Virus record (IMG/VR): IMGVR_UViG_3300032223_002658
Location: 1-64,000 of that record
DNA: 64,000 nucleotides
From: a virus
Reading direction: 5' to 3' (one strand)
Shown here: in pieces, positions 39,392 to 49,382 of the stretch
How positions within the stretch are numbered: position 1 is the stretch's first letter
How the letters are laid out: every line of letters begins with the position of its first letter
Made by a program: the position numbers and the translations under genes
Notes under the pieces: model-generated
The model's database searches: none
What the model was told of the DNA's origin: nothing
What the model saw: only the letters and a program-made list of their open reading frames with translations

Positions 39392-39478
39392 AAAAAGCCC
39401 ACCATGACATTTAAGACATGATGGGCAACTACGCGTAACTCAGACGGGCCTAAGATGCCCGAATAGCGTAATCACCAA
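39392..39478 (-). ncRNA. Candidate small structured RNA or riboregulatory leader
   Basis: GTGTAT motif at 39482-87; stem GAUUACGC/GCGUAGUU plus CGGGC/GCCCG; then GCCCAUCAUG/CAUGGUGGGC-UUUUU terminator; GC-rich in an AT-rich genome. Confidence 0.5.
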
Positions 39479-39488
39479 TATATACACT

Positions 39489-41375
39489 TTAATCATAGTA
39501 AGAGAAAGAAAACTCCCCAAACTCAATTTCTTTCAGTCCTTTGTTGACCATTTGTGAGATTTGAAATACTTTTTCCAGGGCGCTAACCCCAAGAATATCA
39601 AACTTAACACCGCCTAAATACTCAATATCCGCCCCTTCAACATCAATAATCATGCTGTCTAGTTTTTCTGAATAAGTCATTGGAAATAAATTGCTTAAAG
39701 GTTGATCTGCAATAATAATGCCTGCAGCGTGAACGCTTTCATTTTTAGCTATTGATTCCATTTTGATGGCAAAATCAAAAGCTTCTTTAAACTGTTCGTA
39801 GTATTCAGCCACAGATTTAATGTGGTCAATATTCCACCTTATGATGCCATAAGAAGGATCATCTTTTTGCATTTCGCTCAAATCGTCAGCAATTTTTGCT
39901 TCTTCTGCAAATTTCTTTGTGATCTGATTTGATGCATCAAAATAATTATCAGTAGGCTTCAACAATTTAAATACTTCTTTGATTGCACCCTTGCCTTTGA
40001 ATCTTGAATGTGTAATGATGTGGCCAACACAGTCAGTGCCATATTTGTTCTTTATATATTCTATAAGCTCTTCTCTAAATGTTGGCGGAACATCTGTGTC
40101 AATATCTGGAAGCGAAACGTTGTCTTTTGTGTTTCTTCCTTCATTATAAAATCTTTCAAACGGCAATTCTCTTTGTGGATCATATCCAAGCGTTGGATCT
40201 GGTCTCATTGGGTCAACAGAAGAAATTCCGAGTAGATATGAAATCATGCAACCAGAAGAAGATCCTCTGATATCTGCTGGAATACCAGATGCACGAACGT
40301 GATTAATTATATCATATACGATCAAAAAATATCCAGACATGTTTGCCTGTTTAAATACGCCAAGCTCATGCTGAATTCTTTTAATATAAGCGTCTTTAAG
40401 AGAAGCATCGGTCTTTAGATCGTTTATAAGACCCGTTGTTTTGAATCCCTTTCGGCACAACTCTTTCAAATGCTCATGTGCATCATCGATTTTGTGATCT
40501 GAAATCTTAAAGACAGGAAGTATTGGCCTTTCTTGAATCGAATAATCCTCAATCAAATCCAATATTTTAAGAGTTTTTTCACCATCTGGAATACTCTTCA
40601 TCAAATGACAATTCGCATATTTAACATCAAATATTCTTGAGTCATCAAGCCCCTTGCAGCAATCAGCAGAAGACTCTTCTTTTGACTGAGTGATGAGTTG
40701 ATGCAAATAATAATCATCTTTATTCAAATAGTGAACATTTACAGATGGGATAGATTCTTGAAATTCTTTCTTTATCATTTTGCCAAGAGCCACACAGCAT
40801 GGTAGAAAAGACAGATCATAATACAAAAACGTATGCTCATATATTTTTGAATAGTTTGAAATTACCTTTTTAACACAATCCTTCCAATCTTCACGAATTA
40901 AAGATTCGCAGTCTTCGACCGAATTTGATTCGTAAGCCATTTCTGGATTTATGTAAGCAGAAAAGTATACTTGACTTCTTAGATCGCCAACAAGACAGAT
41001 GAGACCACCTTTGTGCGAATATAAATCATCCATTTGTGTTCTTGGCATTCCATTAAACGAAAGAGCTTCTTTTGTGCGCGCCAATGAAACTAATTTGACG
41101 ATATTTTTATATCCTGTTTTATTTTTTGCAAGTAGAGTTATTCTTCCAGAAAATACGTCTCCGTTGTATACATCAAGTTCAACACCAATTATTGGTTTTA
41201 TTCCAGCGTCTTTACATTCCTTGAAAAATGGCACTACACCTTTTATGTTGTTATGATCAGTCATGCATATAGCTGGAATGCCATATTCTTTAGCTTTTGG
41301 AACTATGGTTTCAATTGTTGCAGTACTGTCAAGAAGTGACCAAGATGTATGAACGTGAATAGGAATATAACTCAT
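39489..41375 (-). CDS. dnaE: DNA polymerase III alpha, N-terminal half (PHP + palm)
   Basis: HVHTSWSLLD, TDHNN, RGSSSG, FERF, LPDIDTD, HAAGIII, KFDILG. Confidence 0.93.
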   Translation of the reverse strand: MSYIPIHVHTSWSLLDSTATIETIVPKAKEYGIPAICMTDHNNIKGVVPFFKECKDAGIKPIIGVELDVYNGDVFSGRITLLAKNKTGYKNIVKLVSLARTKEALSFNGMPRTQMDDLYSHKGGLICLVGDLRSQVYFSAYINPEMAYESNSVEDCESLIREDWKDCVKKVISNYSKIYEHTFLYYDLSFLPCCVALGKMIKKEFQESIPSVNVHYLNKDDYYLHQLITQSKEESSADCCKGLDDSRIFDVKYANCHLMKSIPDGEKTLKILDLIEDYSIQERPILPVFKISDHKIDDAHEHLKELCRKGFKTTGLINDLKTDASLKDAYIKRIQHELGVFKQANMSGYFLIVYDIINHVRASGIPADIRGSSSGCMISYLLGISSVDPMRPDPTLGYDPQRELPFERFYNEGRNTKDNVSLPDIDTDVPPTFREELIEYIKNKYGTDCVGHIITHSRFKGKGAIKEVFKLLKPTDNYFDASNQITKKFAEEAKIADDLSEMQKDDPSYGIIRWNIDHIKSVAEYYEQFKEAFDFAIKMESIAKNESVHAAGIIIADQPLSNLFPMTYSEKLDSMIIDVEGADIEYLGGVKFDILGVSALEKVFQISQMVNKGLKEIEFGEFSFSYYD

Positions 41376-42370
41376 TTTGTGTCCTTAAATACATTTCTTC
41401 TGTTTGAGGTAGACGCTATTTTTTCTTCCAGCTTCTCAGATTTTATCTTGTCTATTGTCAGTATTGTTTTATCTATTCCGTGAGCCAGATTATAGTTATA
41501 GACATTTTCACAAATGCTGCAACCATTTTGAGTTTTTGTTTTTCCAAAATGACAGGTAGATTTACATTTCCATGACTGAGATGGCTCTACTTCTTTTATT
41601 CTTGAAGGAAGATTATTTCCCTTGATGGTATTGAAGTATTTTTTGATTATTTCAAGTGTCTCAGCTCTTTGGGCATCGTCAAAACAAACGGTGAATGGGC
41701 CACCATCATTAACAAAATGAATTGTCAAAAGTCTATTTTTATACTGTGGGAACAGCATATATGTCGCTAAATCATACATGCGTAGCTGTATATCATTAGA
41801 CGCAAAATAATCATAATCTTTTAATTCACCAGTCTCCCATGATTTTCTTGACCCCGTTTTCCAATCTATTATCTCCAGCGTTTCATCTGATACTTTTGTG
41901 ATTAAATCTATCGTTCCGCGAATTTCATAATTTCCAGATGTTGTTTTTTTTGAAAGTACGTCGTAATATTCAAATGTAAAACCAGGCATCGTCAATGGGA
42001 TCCTAAATTGCTTTTCAGTGTGCAAAACATTTAGTTTTGTTGGATTGTAACTTGAATTAATGATTTTTTCTATTGATAAAATACAGAACTTTTTATCTGC
42101 TTTTTCATTTAGATCTATTTTGCCAGCGTTTTCTTTTTTGTATCGATCCCAACAAATTTCAAAAAGCTTTTTGTGATCAGTGAATAGGTCATCTTTGTGG
42201 CCAAGTTTATTTGCTTTTGCCATTATTTCAAGAACATGGTGAACAATAGTTCCAAGAAGAGCTTTTTTTCCAGATCCACTTGGTATTTGCAATATTGATT
42301 CAAGAAAAAATTGAAATTGACAACCCTCGTATGTCTTTATTGATGACGCTCGCAAGTACTGTATGTTCAT
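41372..42370 (-). CDS. PD-(D/E)xK exonuclease, Cas4/RecB/AddB-like with Fe-S cysteines
   Basis: SSIKTYEGC, GTIVHHVLE, RGTIDLI, IIDWKTG, QLRMY, C-terminal CKSTCHF...C; start MNIQY inferred. Confidence 0.85.
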   Translation of the reverse strand: MNIQYLRASSIKTYEGCQFQFFLESILQIPSGSGKKALLGTIVHHVLEIMAKANKLGHKDDLFTDHKKLFEICWDRYKKENAGKIDLNEKADKKFCILSIEKIINSSYNPTKLNVLHTEKQFRIPLTMPGFTFEYYDVLSKKTTSGNYEIRGTIDLITKVSDETLEIIDWKTGSRKSWETGELKDYDYFASNDIQLRMYDLATYMLFPQYKNRLLTIHFVNDGGPFTVCFDDAQRAETLEIIKKYFNTIKGNNLPSRIKEVEPSQSWKCKSTCHFGKTKTQNGCSICENVYNYNLAHGIDKTILTIDKIKSEKLEEKIASTSNRRNVFKDTK

Positions 42371-42371
42371 T

Positions 42372-42836
42372 TTATGTCCTAATCGGGCTATCGCTCTTAT
42401 CAAATTTTAGCATTTTAACATCAATGCTATTTAGATCCTTGATGTTTCTATTTAGAATCATCACTGCATCAGCTGTTTTTTCTATGAAATCCTGCGTTGT
42501 TTTAATTTTTTTTGGCGAATATCCACCCTTGTTTTTTATGAATTTATTTTTTGAAAGACGAAGTATGTCTTTATAAATTTTCTGTATCTGAGGTGGCCAA
42601 CGGTCTTCTATTTTTTCAAATGGCAGATATACAATATATGGTATTTCATTTTCATGACAAGCATATATAAAGTCTATTTCAAATCCCATAGAGGCTCTTG
42701 AAATGCAAATTGAATCATCGTCATTAACATTGCTCAAGTGTGCAGCAATTCTATTCCTAATTGCAATCCTCATTGGATCATTAAGATCATATGCTCCATT
42801 TATATTAACTGCATCAGCTCGTACTCCTATTATCAT
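42372..42836 (-). CDS. YspA/DUF1273-like (SLOG) protein, degenerate
   Basis: ISRASMGFEID...IPYIVYLPF...RWP...Y..IL resembles DUF1273. Confidence 0.55.
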   Translation of the reverse strand: MIIGVRADAVNINGAYDLNDPMRIAIRNRIAAHLSNVNDDDSICISRASMGFEIDFIYACHENEIPYIVYLPFEKIEDRWPPQIQKIYKDILRLSKNKFIKNKGGYSPKKIKTTQDFIEKTADAVMILNRNIKDLNSIDVKMLKFDKSDSPIRT

Positions 42837-43471
42837 AAATAATACTCAAGCACCTTTTTTATAGCATCATTTTTTTCTTCCATCGTCATATTATCGTTAT
42901 TAATCTTATGAAATTTTTCAATGTTACTAAATGAATAGTTGTCAAGGGCTATTTCACTCTCGTGCTTATTGTGCAGTGTGTTTCTCGTCAACTTTATAAC
43001 TATTGGCCCATAAAAAGTTGCATAGTCTATTTCATTTGGGAATCTTGCGTCGGATATAAGAGCAAAGTCAAGTCCTTCGTCTTTTATCTTTTTTATTGTT
43101 GCTTGAACCCAACAGTCTGGATAAAATGATCTAAATATGTTAGTTCCAAAGACTTGCATGACATCTCTTGCTGTCATATAATCTGTTGATTTTACGCCAA
43201 CTCTGTTTTGCAATAGCCGTCCAATATCAGTACTACACATTGGAAGATCGTCCCACTTAAATCTCGTTGGCGTATTTTTGTCAGAATTCTCTCCCCAGCA
43301 TTGATTGTATTCTAGACCAAGAACATTTGTGCAAATTTGTTTTAGGCTGTCTGCAAATGGATATATTTTTGACGAGAAGCCCTTTTCCTTTAAAAAAGAT
43401 CTTATGTATGAGCAGGCAGTATCTTTTCCGCTTTGTGCTTTTCCAGTCAATATTATGATTTTTGTTTTCAT
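42833..43471 (-). CDS. Deoxynucleoside monophosphate kinase
   Basis: GKAQSGKDT P-loop, FADSLK, RDVMQVFGT, ISDARFPNE, HESE. Confidence 0.9.
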   Translation of the reverse strand: MKTKIIILTGKAQSGKDTACSYIRSFLKEKGFSSKIYPFADSLKQICTNVLGLEYNQCWGENSDKNTPTRFKWDDLPMCSTDIGRLLQNRVGVKSTDYMTARDVMQVFGTNIFRSFYPDCWVQATIKKIKDEGLDFALISDARFPNEIDYATFYGPIVIKLTRNTLHNKHESEIALDNYSFSNIEKFHKINNDNMTMEEKNDAIKKVLEYYL

Positions 43472-44514
43472 TTTGATAGTACCTTTATTTGTGGAACAAT
43501 ATATTTTGTGAACTCTTCTTCTGTCAAACTATCAGGATCTTTTTTATCCATTGATATTTTGTATATCTGTATTTTATCTCCATATATATTTTTTATTCTT
43601 TTAAATGCTGATTGACCAGCTTCATCAGAGTCAAGTGCAATGGCAAGTTTTTTCGCGCCGCACTTTAATAGCATGTTTATTTGATTCAAAGACATTGATG
43701 AACCAAGGATGGCTACGGTATTTTTAAGACCATAAGAGTGAAACCTCCAGCAATCAAATGGGCCTTCAACTATAACTGCCACACCAGACTCATCTATTGA
43801 TGAACATGCGTTTTGAATATTGTATATCTCAATAGATTTATTGAAACCTCGCGGATAGTTTCTCCACTTTACAAATAGTCTTCTAAAATTCTCATCTATT
43901 GTGAAGCTGTCTGGATAATGCCATCCATGCAAATTTTTTTCAAATATTGATCTTCCTGTTATGCCAACAAGATCACCATTTATGTTTCTTATTGGAACCA
44001 TTAGTCTATGGTGATACGTTTTTCCTTTTAAAGAGACTCCTGATTCAAAAAATTTACAAATTGACTCCGTGAATCCTCGTGATTTAATAAATGGATGAAG
44101 TGGATCAAGATTTTTTAAACGATCATCGCGCAAAGGCTGATTAAATGTTTGAGTATTATCAGATCTATTTACTTTGATCTGCTGAAACTCTTCGGACTCT
44201 ATTACTTCCTGAATCCAGTCTATGGTTTCTTGGAAGCTTATTTTCTTCAAACCTCTGACAAGACCAATTATATCATTGCCGTATTTTCTATGACATCCGT
44301 GTGTAAAACAAGACCAACAGCATTTGCCAAGATGATAACTAAATGCTGTTTGGTTATCGCCATCATGAACTGGGCATGAAGATTGTATATTTGAAGATCC
44401 TATTACCTCAAAACCAAGAGCGGATAATATCTTCGTGTCGTTTTCACACGCGATTTTCTTGAACGCTTTTAGTTCATCAGAAGTCAATTTCGTCTTCATC
44501 ATCATCTTCGTCAA
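43468..44514 (-). CDS. dnaG: DNA primase (CHC2 Zn finger + TOPRIM)
   Basis: CPVH...CFTHGC, RLMVPIRN, IVEGPFD, LDSDEAG, KDPD. Confidence 0.92.
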   Translation of the reverse strand: MTKMMMKTKLTSDELKAFKKIACENDTKILSALGFEVIGSSNIQSSCPVHDGDNQTAFSYHLGKCCWSCFTHGCHRKYGNDIIGLVRGLKKISFQETIDWIQEVIESEEFQQIKVNRSDNTQTFNQPLRDDRLKNLDPLHPFIKSRGFTESICKFFESGVSLKGKTYHHRLMVPIRNINGDLVGITGRSIFEKNLHGWHYPDSFTIDENFRRLFVKWRNYPRGFNKSIEIYNIQNACSSIDESGVAVIVEGPFDCWRFHSYGLKNTVAILGSSMSLNQINMLLKCGAKKLAIALDSDEAGQSAFKRIKNIYGDKIQIYKISMDKKDPDSLTEEEFTKYIVPQIKVLSK

Positions 44515-45925
44515 TTGTATTATTTGATTCTAGTATCTCAAAATTGAATTTGCCTTCAACCATTTCAGATCTTTCAAGATTAGATATGACATTTATATAT
44601 TCTGATGTTGAGTCCATTCCCTGACCATATCTTGTCTCAATTACCACAAGCTTTCTATCTCCGTTTGTTTTGCTGTCTCCAGCAGCAACATCTTCATCTG
44701 TTTTTTTCTTGAGATATGCCAGACTTGAGCAAAGCCAAAGAATTCTGTCGCTGCCAGATACGACACTTGTATCTTCTTTATTTATACCATCTCTATTCAA
44801 TTGTACTGTAGCAAGAATTGGAACGTCATATTTAACAGCAAAATTATGCAGCTTAGTAATGAAATCGCCAAGATATTGATACTCTTGAATATCGCCAACA
44901 TCGGACATGTCCATTGTTTTTAAATAGTCAAGCATTACTAGGCAGTCTTTTGTATTTCCACCTTCATCCCTTCCAACAACAGAAGACAGCCATCTTCTTG
45001 TGATAGCCATTATTTCTTCTGGTTTTTTACCGGCAATGCTGATATGGTAAAATGGAAGCCCTTTGATAGATTTCAGGCTTTCGTCAATTGCAAATTTCAT
45101 GTTCTCTTTTTGAGCGAATTGCCCTGTCTCAATTTCATTTTGATTCACTCCAGAATGAAGAGAAACCCACTTGATTGTTTGAGTTTCTTTTTTCATTTCT
45201 GTATCAAGATACAAGACGGGGATATTCTGCTTTGACAGATTAGAAGCAACATTAAGGCAGAATGTGCTTTTACCAACCTTTGGTCTAGCACCAACAACAT
45301 TTACAGTTCCTCTTCTGTATCCACCACCAATGGCCTTGTCATATCTTGGATAACCAGTTGGCAATCCTGCTGATGACACTGGATTTTCAGCTATAAACTT
45401 AATGTGATCTACAGCAAATGAACCAATCTGAACAAGATCATTTTCTCTAGTGATATCTGGAATAAAATCAAATACAGAAGATTCAACTGACGCAGCAACA
45501 TCTACGATGCTTTCATCCCCAGAAAGTGCATCAAGAACTTTTGATGCGCATGAAAGTTTATCTTTAAAAGCTCGTGATAAACTCCAAAACTTAACTTGTC
45601 GTACAAAGTGGTTGTAATCAGATTGATTAGTTTGAAGCTCTGATATATTTGTAATTCTTTGAGTTTCTTTATCTGAAACATTTCCAGTTTTTGATATTTC
45701 GGCAACAAGCATTTGATTGCTTATTTTACCAACAAAACCAGAATCTGCCATATTTTTAATTGCAAAAAAACATCTTCCAAGAAACTTGTCCTTGAAATCA
45801 GTATCCAGTAGATGTATATCAGAACTAAAAACAATCTCTGCACCATTGTTCATGATGCAGGAGATAGTACTTAATTCTGAGGCTTCTTGATTATATGATT
45901 TTACTTTATTCTGCATTTGTTGCAC
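44477..45925 (-). CDS. dnaB: Replicative helicase
   Basis: GLPTGY, GARPKVGKS, DTEM, LDYLK, VQLNR. Confidence 0.93.
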   Translation of the reverse strand: MQQMQNKVKSYNQEASELSTISCIMNNGAEIVFSSDIHLLDTDFKDKFLGRCFFAIKNMADSGFVGKISNQMLVAEISKTGNVSDKETQRITNISELQTNQSDYNHFVRQVKFWSLSRAFKDKLSCASKVLDALSGDESIVDVAASVESSVFDFIPDITRENDLVQIGSFAVDHIKFIAENPVSSAGLPTGYPRYDKAIGGGYRRGTVNVVGARPKVGKSTFCLNVASNLSKQNIPVLYLDTEMKKETQTIKWVSLHSGVNQNEIETGQFAQKENMKFAIDESLKSIKGLPFYHISIAGKKPEEIMAITRRWLSSVVGRDEGGNTKDCLVMLDYLKTMDMSDVGDIQEYQYLGDFITKLHNFAVKYDVPILATVQLNRDGINKEDTSVVSGSDRILWLCSSLAYLKKKTDEDVAAGDSKTNGDRKLVVIETRYGQGMDSTSEYINVISNLERSEMVEGKFNFEILESNNTIDEDDDEDEIDF

Positions 45926-46401
45926 TTGATCTTAATTGAACTATCGGATTGTAGCAGGCCCGCCGGATACTCTTTATTGAAATCAAATTTTGACCCGCAG
46001 ACTTCGCAGTTTCTAAAATTTGGTTTATATTCATCTCGATATTGCTTTTTTCTTGATCCAAGTTTTTTTACCTCTGATGCATAATTTGGATTTGCATCTT
46101 CTGGTAATTCAAACTCAGAACTTGATATGAAGCGAACATCAGAATCATCAGGTTGATCCTCCTCATAAGAGTCATCCCCATCATTTTTTCCTGTGCCTTC
46201 AATTTCATAACCACGATCATCAATAATGTCGCTCAAAAGAATTTTCTTGATTGCTTGAATTTTTTCCGAGTCTTCTGAGTCTTTTTGTTGGCTTATGATT
46301 ATTGGAGCTGCCTCGCCAAAAATTGTTGAGTAAAATTCTCTAACTGACTCCATGTCATTAGTCATGATTGCTTTTTGTAAAAAACCTTTAAGATCTTTCA
46401 T
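45901..46401 (-). CDS. Hypothetical protein with C-terminal Zn ribbon
   Basis: CEVC...CNKC; acidic middle; start MKDLKG inferred. Confidence 0.6.
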   Translation of the reverse strand: MKDLKGFLQKAIMTNDMESVREFYSTIFGEAAPIIISQQKDSEDSEKIQAIKKILLSDIIDDRGYEIEGTGKNDGDDSYEEDQPDDSDVRFISSSEFELPEDANPNYASEVKKLGSRKKQYRDEYKPNFRNCEVCGSKFDFNKEYPAGLLQSDSSIKIKCNKCRIK

Positions 46402-46870
46402 TTGGTATTCCCCTCTTTTCAAATGCTAAATTTTTAAGACAAGATGACATAAACTCTATTTTTCTATCTATGTCTTCTATAGATTTTAGCTGAACCTCAC
46501 AAAGAGATTTCACTGAATCAAGTTCTTTTGCGTGAATATCATTTCTTTTAATTATCAAAGATTTTTCAGCAAGTCCATATCCATCAGTGTTCGGTAATTC
46601 TCTTCCTATGATGGAGTTTATGTTTGCATCACACCATGAGATATTTGCTTTAAGTCTGTTTGCTTCTGTCTTTATATAAAGTCCATACTGCGCCAATCTA
46701 ATAGCGTCTATTGCTAGATCTTCTCTTGGAGCTGACTTTAAATACTCACGAGAAAGAGAAAGAAGTCTATCGACCTCTGGTGGAACAATAATAGATGATA
46801 GTTTAAATTTGTCACGAAACTCTGACATCTTTTGCTGTATTTCTCTTTTTTGCATTTCTTCATTTGCCAA
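46388..46870 (-). CDS. Coiled-coil protein, possibly UvsY-like recombination mediator
   Basis: All-helical, 160 aa, in the recA-helicase operon; family call from context only. Confidence 0.35.
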   Translation of the reverse strand: MANEEMQKREIQQKMSEFRDKFKLSSIIVPPEVDRLLSLSREYLKSAPREDLAIDAIRLAQYGLYIKTEANRLKANISWCDANINSIIGRELPNTDGYGLAEKSLIIKRNDIHAKELDSVKSLCEVQLKSIEDIDRKIEFMSSCLKNLAFEKRGIPNERS

Positions 46871-47258
46871 AGTATTTCTCCGCTTCTTTGATTGAGTGTA
46901 GTTTCACAAGTCTAATGTTATTTAGTTCACAGAATAGTTCTTTTATTTCGTCTCTTCTTACTTGGTCTTCAAAATCTTGAATTGAATCATGAAAGAAAGG
47001 ATTCATTTCAGAATGCTGCTCACCTTGAATTTCAAAAGCAATCTTTCGTTGTGGCAAATAAAAATCCAATGATAGTCTAGTGTCTGGTATTGTTATATCT
47101 TCAAGAATTGGGTCAAGAGGATATTTTCCAAGTATGAGTTGTCCTATCTGATATTGTATTTTAGATCGGCATGCCGCCTTACTTTTCATTGGCCAAGCAC
47201 CCTTTCGTAAATCCCAACTTATCTTTTTTGTTGGATTATTTACTGATATTACTTGCAT
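46860..47258 (-). CDS. Vsr/DUF559-like PD-(D/E)xK endonuclease
   Basis: RSKIQ, LSLDFYLP, AFEIQGEQH, RDEIKELFCELNNIRL. Confidence 0.75.
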   Translation of the reverse strand: MQVISVNNPTKKISWDLRKGAWPMKSKAACRSKIQYQIGQLILGKYPLDPILEDITIPDTRLSLDFYLPQRKIAFEIQGEQHSEMNPFFHDSIQDFEDQVRRDEIKELFCELNNIRLVKLHSIKEAEKYFGK

Positions 47259-48229
47259 GGCAATGACATCGTTTCTACTTGAGAGAGCAGTGACTTATAC
47301 AGCTCATTATTCTTTTTGAGCACTTCTACAACGGCCAATTGTCCCTGAAGTTTTTCCTTTACTCCAGAAACAGTGTACCAAGCACCAGCTTTTTGAATCA
47401 GACCAAGTTCACAGCAAACATTGAATAAATCCATGTGCTCATCAACGCCACGACCATAAATGATTGGCACTGTTACCTCAGCCCCTGGTGCGCCAAGAGC
47501 CGAAGCAATAACATTGAAGTGTGCATTTTGACCTATTGTTTTATTAGCAGAATCATTGATATCTTGCTTCCATGCGGCCTCAAGCCATACGGAAGCACCA
47601 TACTGTGGAGCATTTCCACCAACGGCGTAACTTTTCTTACCAGGGCCAGGATTTGGATTTGCAATCATATGTGTCAATGCTATGAAAGTGCTGTGAGTAA
47701 CAGGAAGAATCTGGCTTACTCTCTTGAAAATTTTATACATAAGAGTTGCAGTTCCTGCCATCTTTACAGAATCGCCAATGTTGGAAGAAAGTTCACCTTC
47801 TGGACACAAAGCGGCAATTGAATCAAGTATGCAAATGCATTTCTCATTATCTTTGAGCGTTTGAAAAATTAAATTAAGGTAATCTTCAGCACTCAAGATT
47901 TTTGTGGTATTTGATCTAACAATGTTTAGATTTTCTTTATTTATATCTGGAAAGCACTCAACAAGCTCTGTTCTTAGACGGCCTTCTACATCAAAGAAAA
48001 ATGCTTTCTTCGTTGGGTCTTTTCTATGACACTGCTGTACATAATGCAGGGCCAGTGTTGTTTTACCAATCTTTGGCTTACCGCTTAGCAATACGCTCGT
48101 TGCTTCTGGAATTCCACCAGATAGAGCTATATCAAGAGATATAGTTGTTCTGAAAGTTCTGCCCTGCTCCTCCTTAAGAACTGAGGATGGAATTAAAAAA
48201 TCTTCTATTACTAGCGGTTTGTTGCTCAT
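47249..48229 (-). CDS. recA: RecA/UvsX recombinase
   Basis: SLDIALSGGIP, GKPKIGKTT, ILDSIAAL, GGNA, IQKAGAWY. Confidence 0.92.
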   Translation of the reverse strand: MSNKPLVIEDFLIPSSVLKEEQGRTFRTTISLDIALSGGIPEATSVLLSGKPKIGKTTLALHYVQQCHRKDPTKKAFFFDVEGRLRTELVECFPDINKENLNIVRSNTTKILSAEDYLNLIFQTLKDNEKCICILDSIAALCPEGELSSNIGDSVKMAGTATLMYKIFKRVSQILPVTHSTFIALTHMIANPNPGPGKKSYAVGGNAPQYGASVWLEAAWKQDINDSANKTIGQNAHFNVIASALGAPGAEVTVPIIYGRGVDEHMDLFNVCCELGLIQKAGAWYTVSGVKEKLQGQLAVVEVLKKNNELYKSLLSQVETMSLPCK

Positions 48230-48684
48230 ACTATGCCTTTCTTCATTTTAGGTTTGCGATCACCAACTTCAAATATTAAAGTTGACTCATCAATCTTGTT
48301 TTGCTTTTTAGTTTCTTTTTCTTTTTCCCATTCAACTTGTTCTAGATACAAATTGTAAATCAGGGATTTTTGTTTTTCAATTGGAAGAAATCGAATAGTT
48401 ATGATGCCTCTTTTTTTGACATACTCGGCAATCACTTTTGGACTAAAAACATGCAAGAGATTTTTTATATAAGTAAGTTCAAGCTTAAATGTCTCTGCAA
48501 GCTTTTGAAGTTCAGGAGTTGTTTGATGAGCTTTGCGCCAAAAAGGGCATATTGGTTTTGAAGCCTTTATGCCCTTAGAAATCTCCCAGTTTATTTTATT
48601 TATGATTATTAGCTCTGTGATATAAGCAGATGTTTTTACTGTGAGTCCTGAGACGAAATTGCTGTCGTGTTCTTGTTCTTGCAT
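48226..48684 (-). CDS. Hypothetical protein
   Basis: 152-aa ORF coupled in the operon. Confidence 0.55.
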   Translation of the reverse strand: MQEQEHDSNFVSGLTVKTSAYITELIIINKINWEISKGIKASKPICPFWRKAHQTTPELQKLAETFKLELTYIKNLLHVFSPKVIAEYVKKRGIITIRFLPIEKQKSLIYNLYLEQVEWEKEKETKKQNKIDESTLIFEVGDRKPKMKKGIV

Positions 48685-49082
48685 CTTATTAGTGAGAACC
48701 CTGCTTCTTCCGCTGGCCTCTCCTCAAACATGATAGCCTCAAGCTGATTGTTATACCATGTGATTTTCACAGTATCTCCATCAAGGTATCCAGCACCATA
48801 AAGTTCATTCGATGTATTATCACCAAATGTTATTGTTGATTTTTTTGCAAAGAAATAACCTTGCTTGTCCTCTCCTACCTTTATTGAAGTTATATGATGC
48901 TGAGGGACTCTTTTTTGTACCCAGAGTGACATTGAAGTTATGTCTTCTACACCAGATTCAACCGCTGATTGTAGATTAAACCACTCAGCCCCATCTTGAT
49001 TGCTTTTATCAAACCACGCTTTTTCAGACGCTAAATTAACGCTCCAAAAAACTGGAAGAGAAAAATCTATTACTTGATTCAC
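48636..49082 (-). CDS. Hypothetical protein
   Basis: 148-aa ORF coupled in the operon. Confidence 0.55.
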   Translation of the reverse strand: MNQVIDFSLPVFWSVNLASEKAWFDKSNQDGAEWFNLQSAVESGVEDITSMSLWVQKRVPQHHITSIKVGEDKQGYFFAKKSTITFGDNTSNELYGAGYLDGDTVKITWYNNQLEAIMFEERPAEEAGFSLIRCKNKNTTAISSQDSQ

Positions 49083-49381
49083 ATTGCCCTCCCGCTTGCA
49101 ACATCAGCCTTTTGAGAGGCACCTTTTTGATGAACATATACACCACCATTTAAAGTATTTTGTGCTCCAGTGCTAACGATATAATCCTTTGATTTTTTAT
49201 CGTCTTGTTTTTTTACATCAACTTGTGGATTTAAAATAATGTCAACTTTATTTTCAAATGCCTCAAACGCTTGATCAAAAAAATCTTTGTCTAGTCCATT
49301 GGCATCGCATATCTTTTTAAAAGCAGCTTTGCATTCTGACAAAACTTTTTTAGATGATACTTTTGTTGTTTTCTTTGACAT
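49079..49381 (-). CDS. Hypothetical protein
   Basis: 100-aa ORF in the operon. Confidence 0.55.
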   Translation of the reverse strand: MSKKTTKVSSKKVLSECKAAFKKICDANGLDKDFFDQAFEAFENKVDIILNPQVDVKKQDDKKSKDYIVSTGAQNTLNGGVYVHQKGASQKADVASGRAM

Positions 49382-49382
49382 G

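Noticed and set aside
39427-39473. The structured element as a hammerhead or twister ribozyme, SRP RNA or tRNA
   Set aside because: The required core motifs are not present on either strand by inspection
41372-42403. Cas4-like gene as evidence of a CRISPR-Cas system
   Set aside because: It stands alone in a replication operon with no cas1 or array; such exonucleases are common in phages
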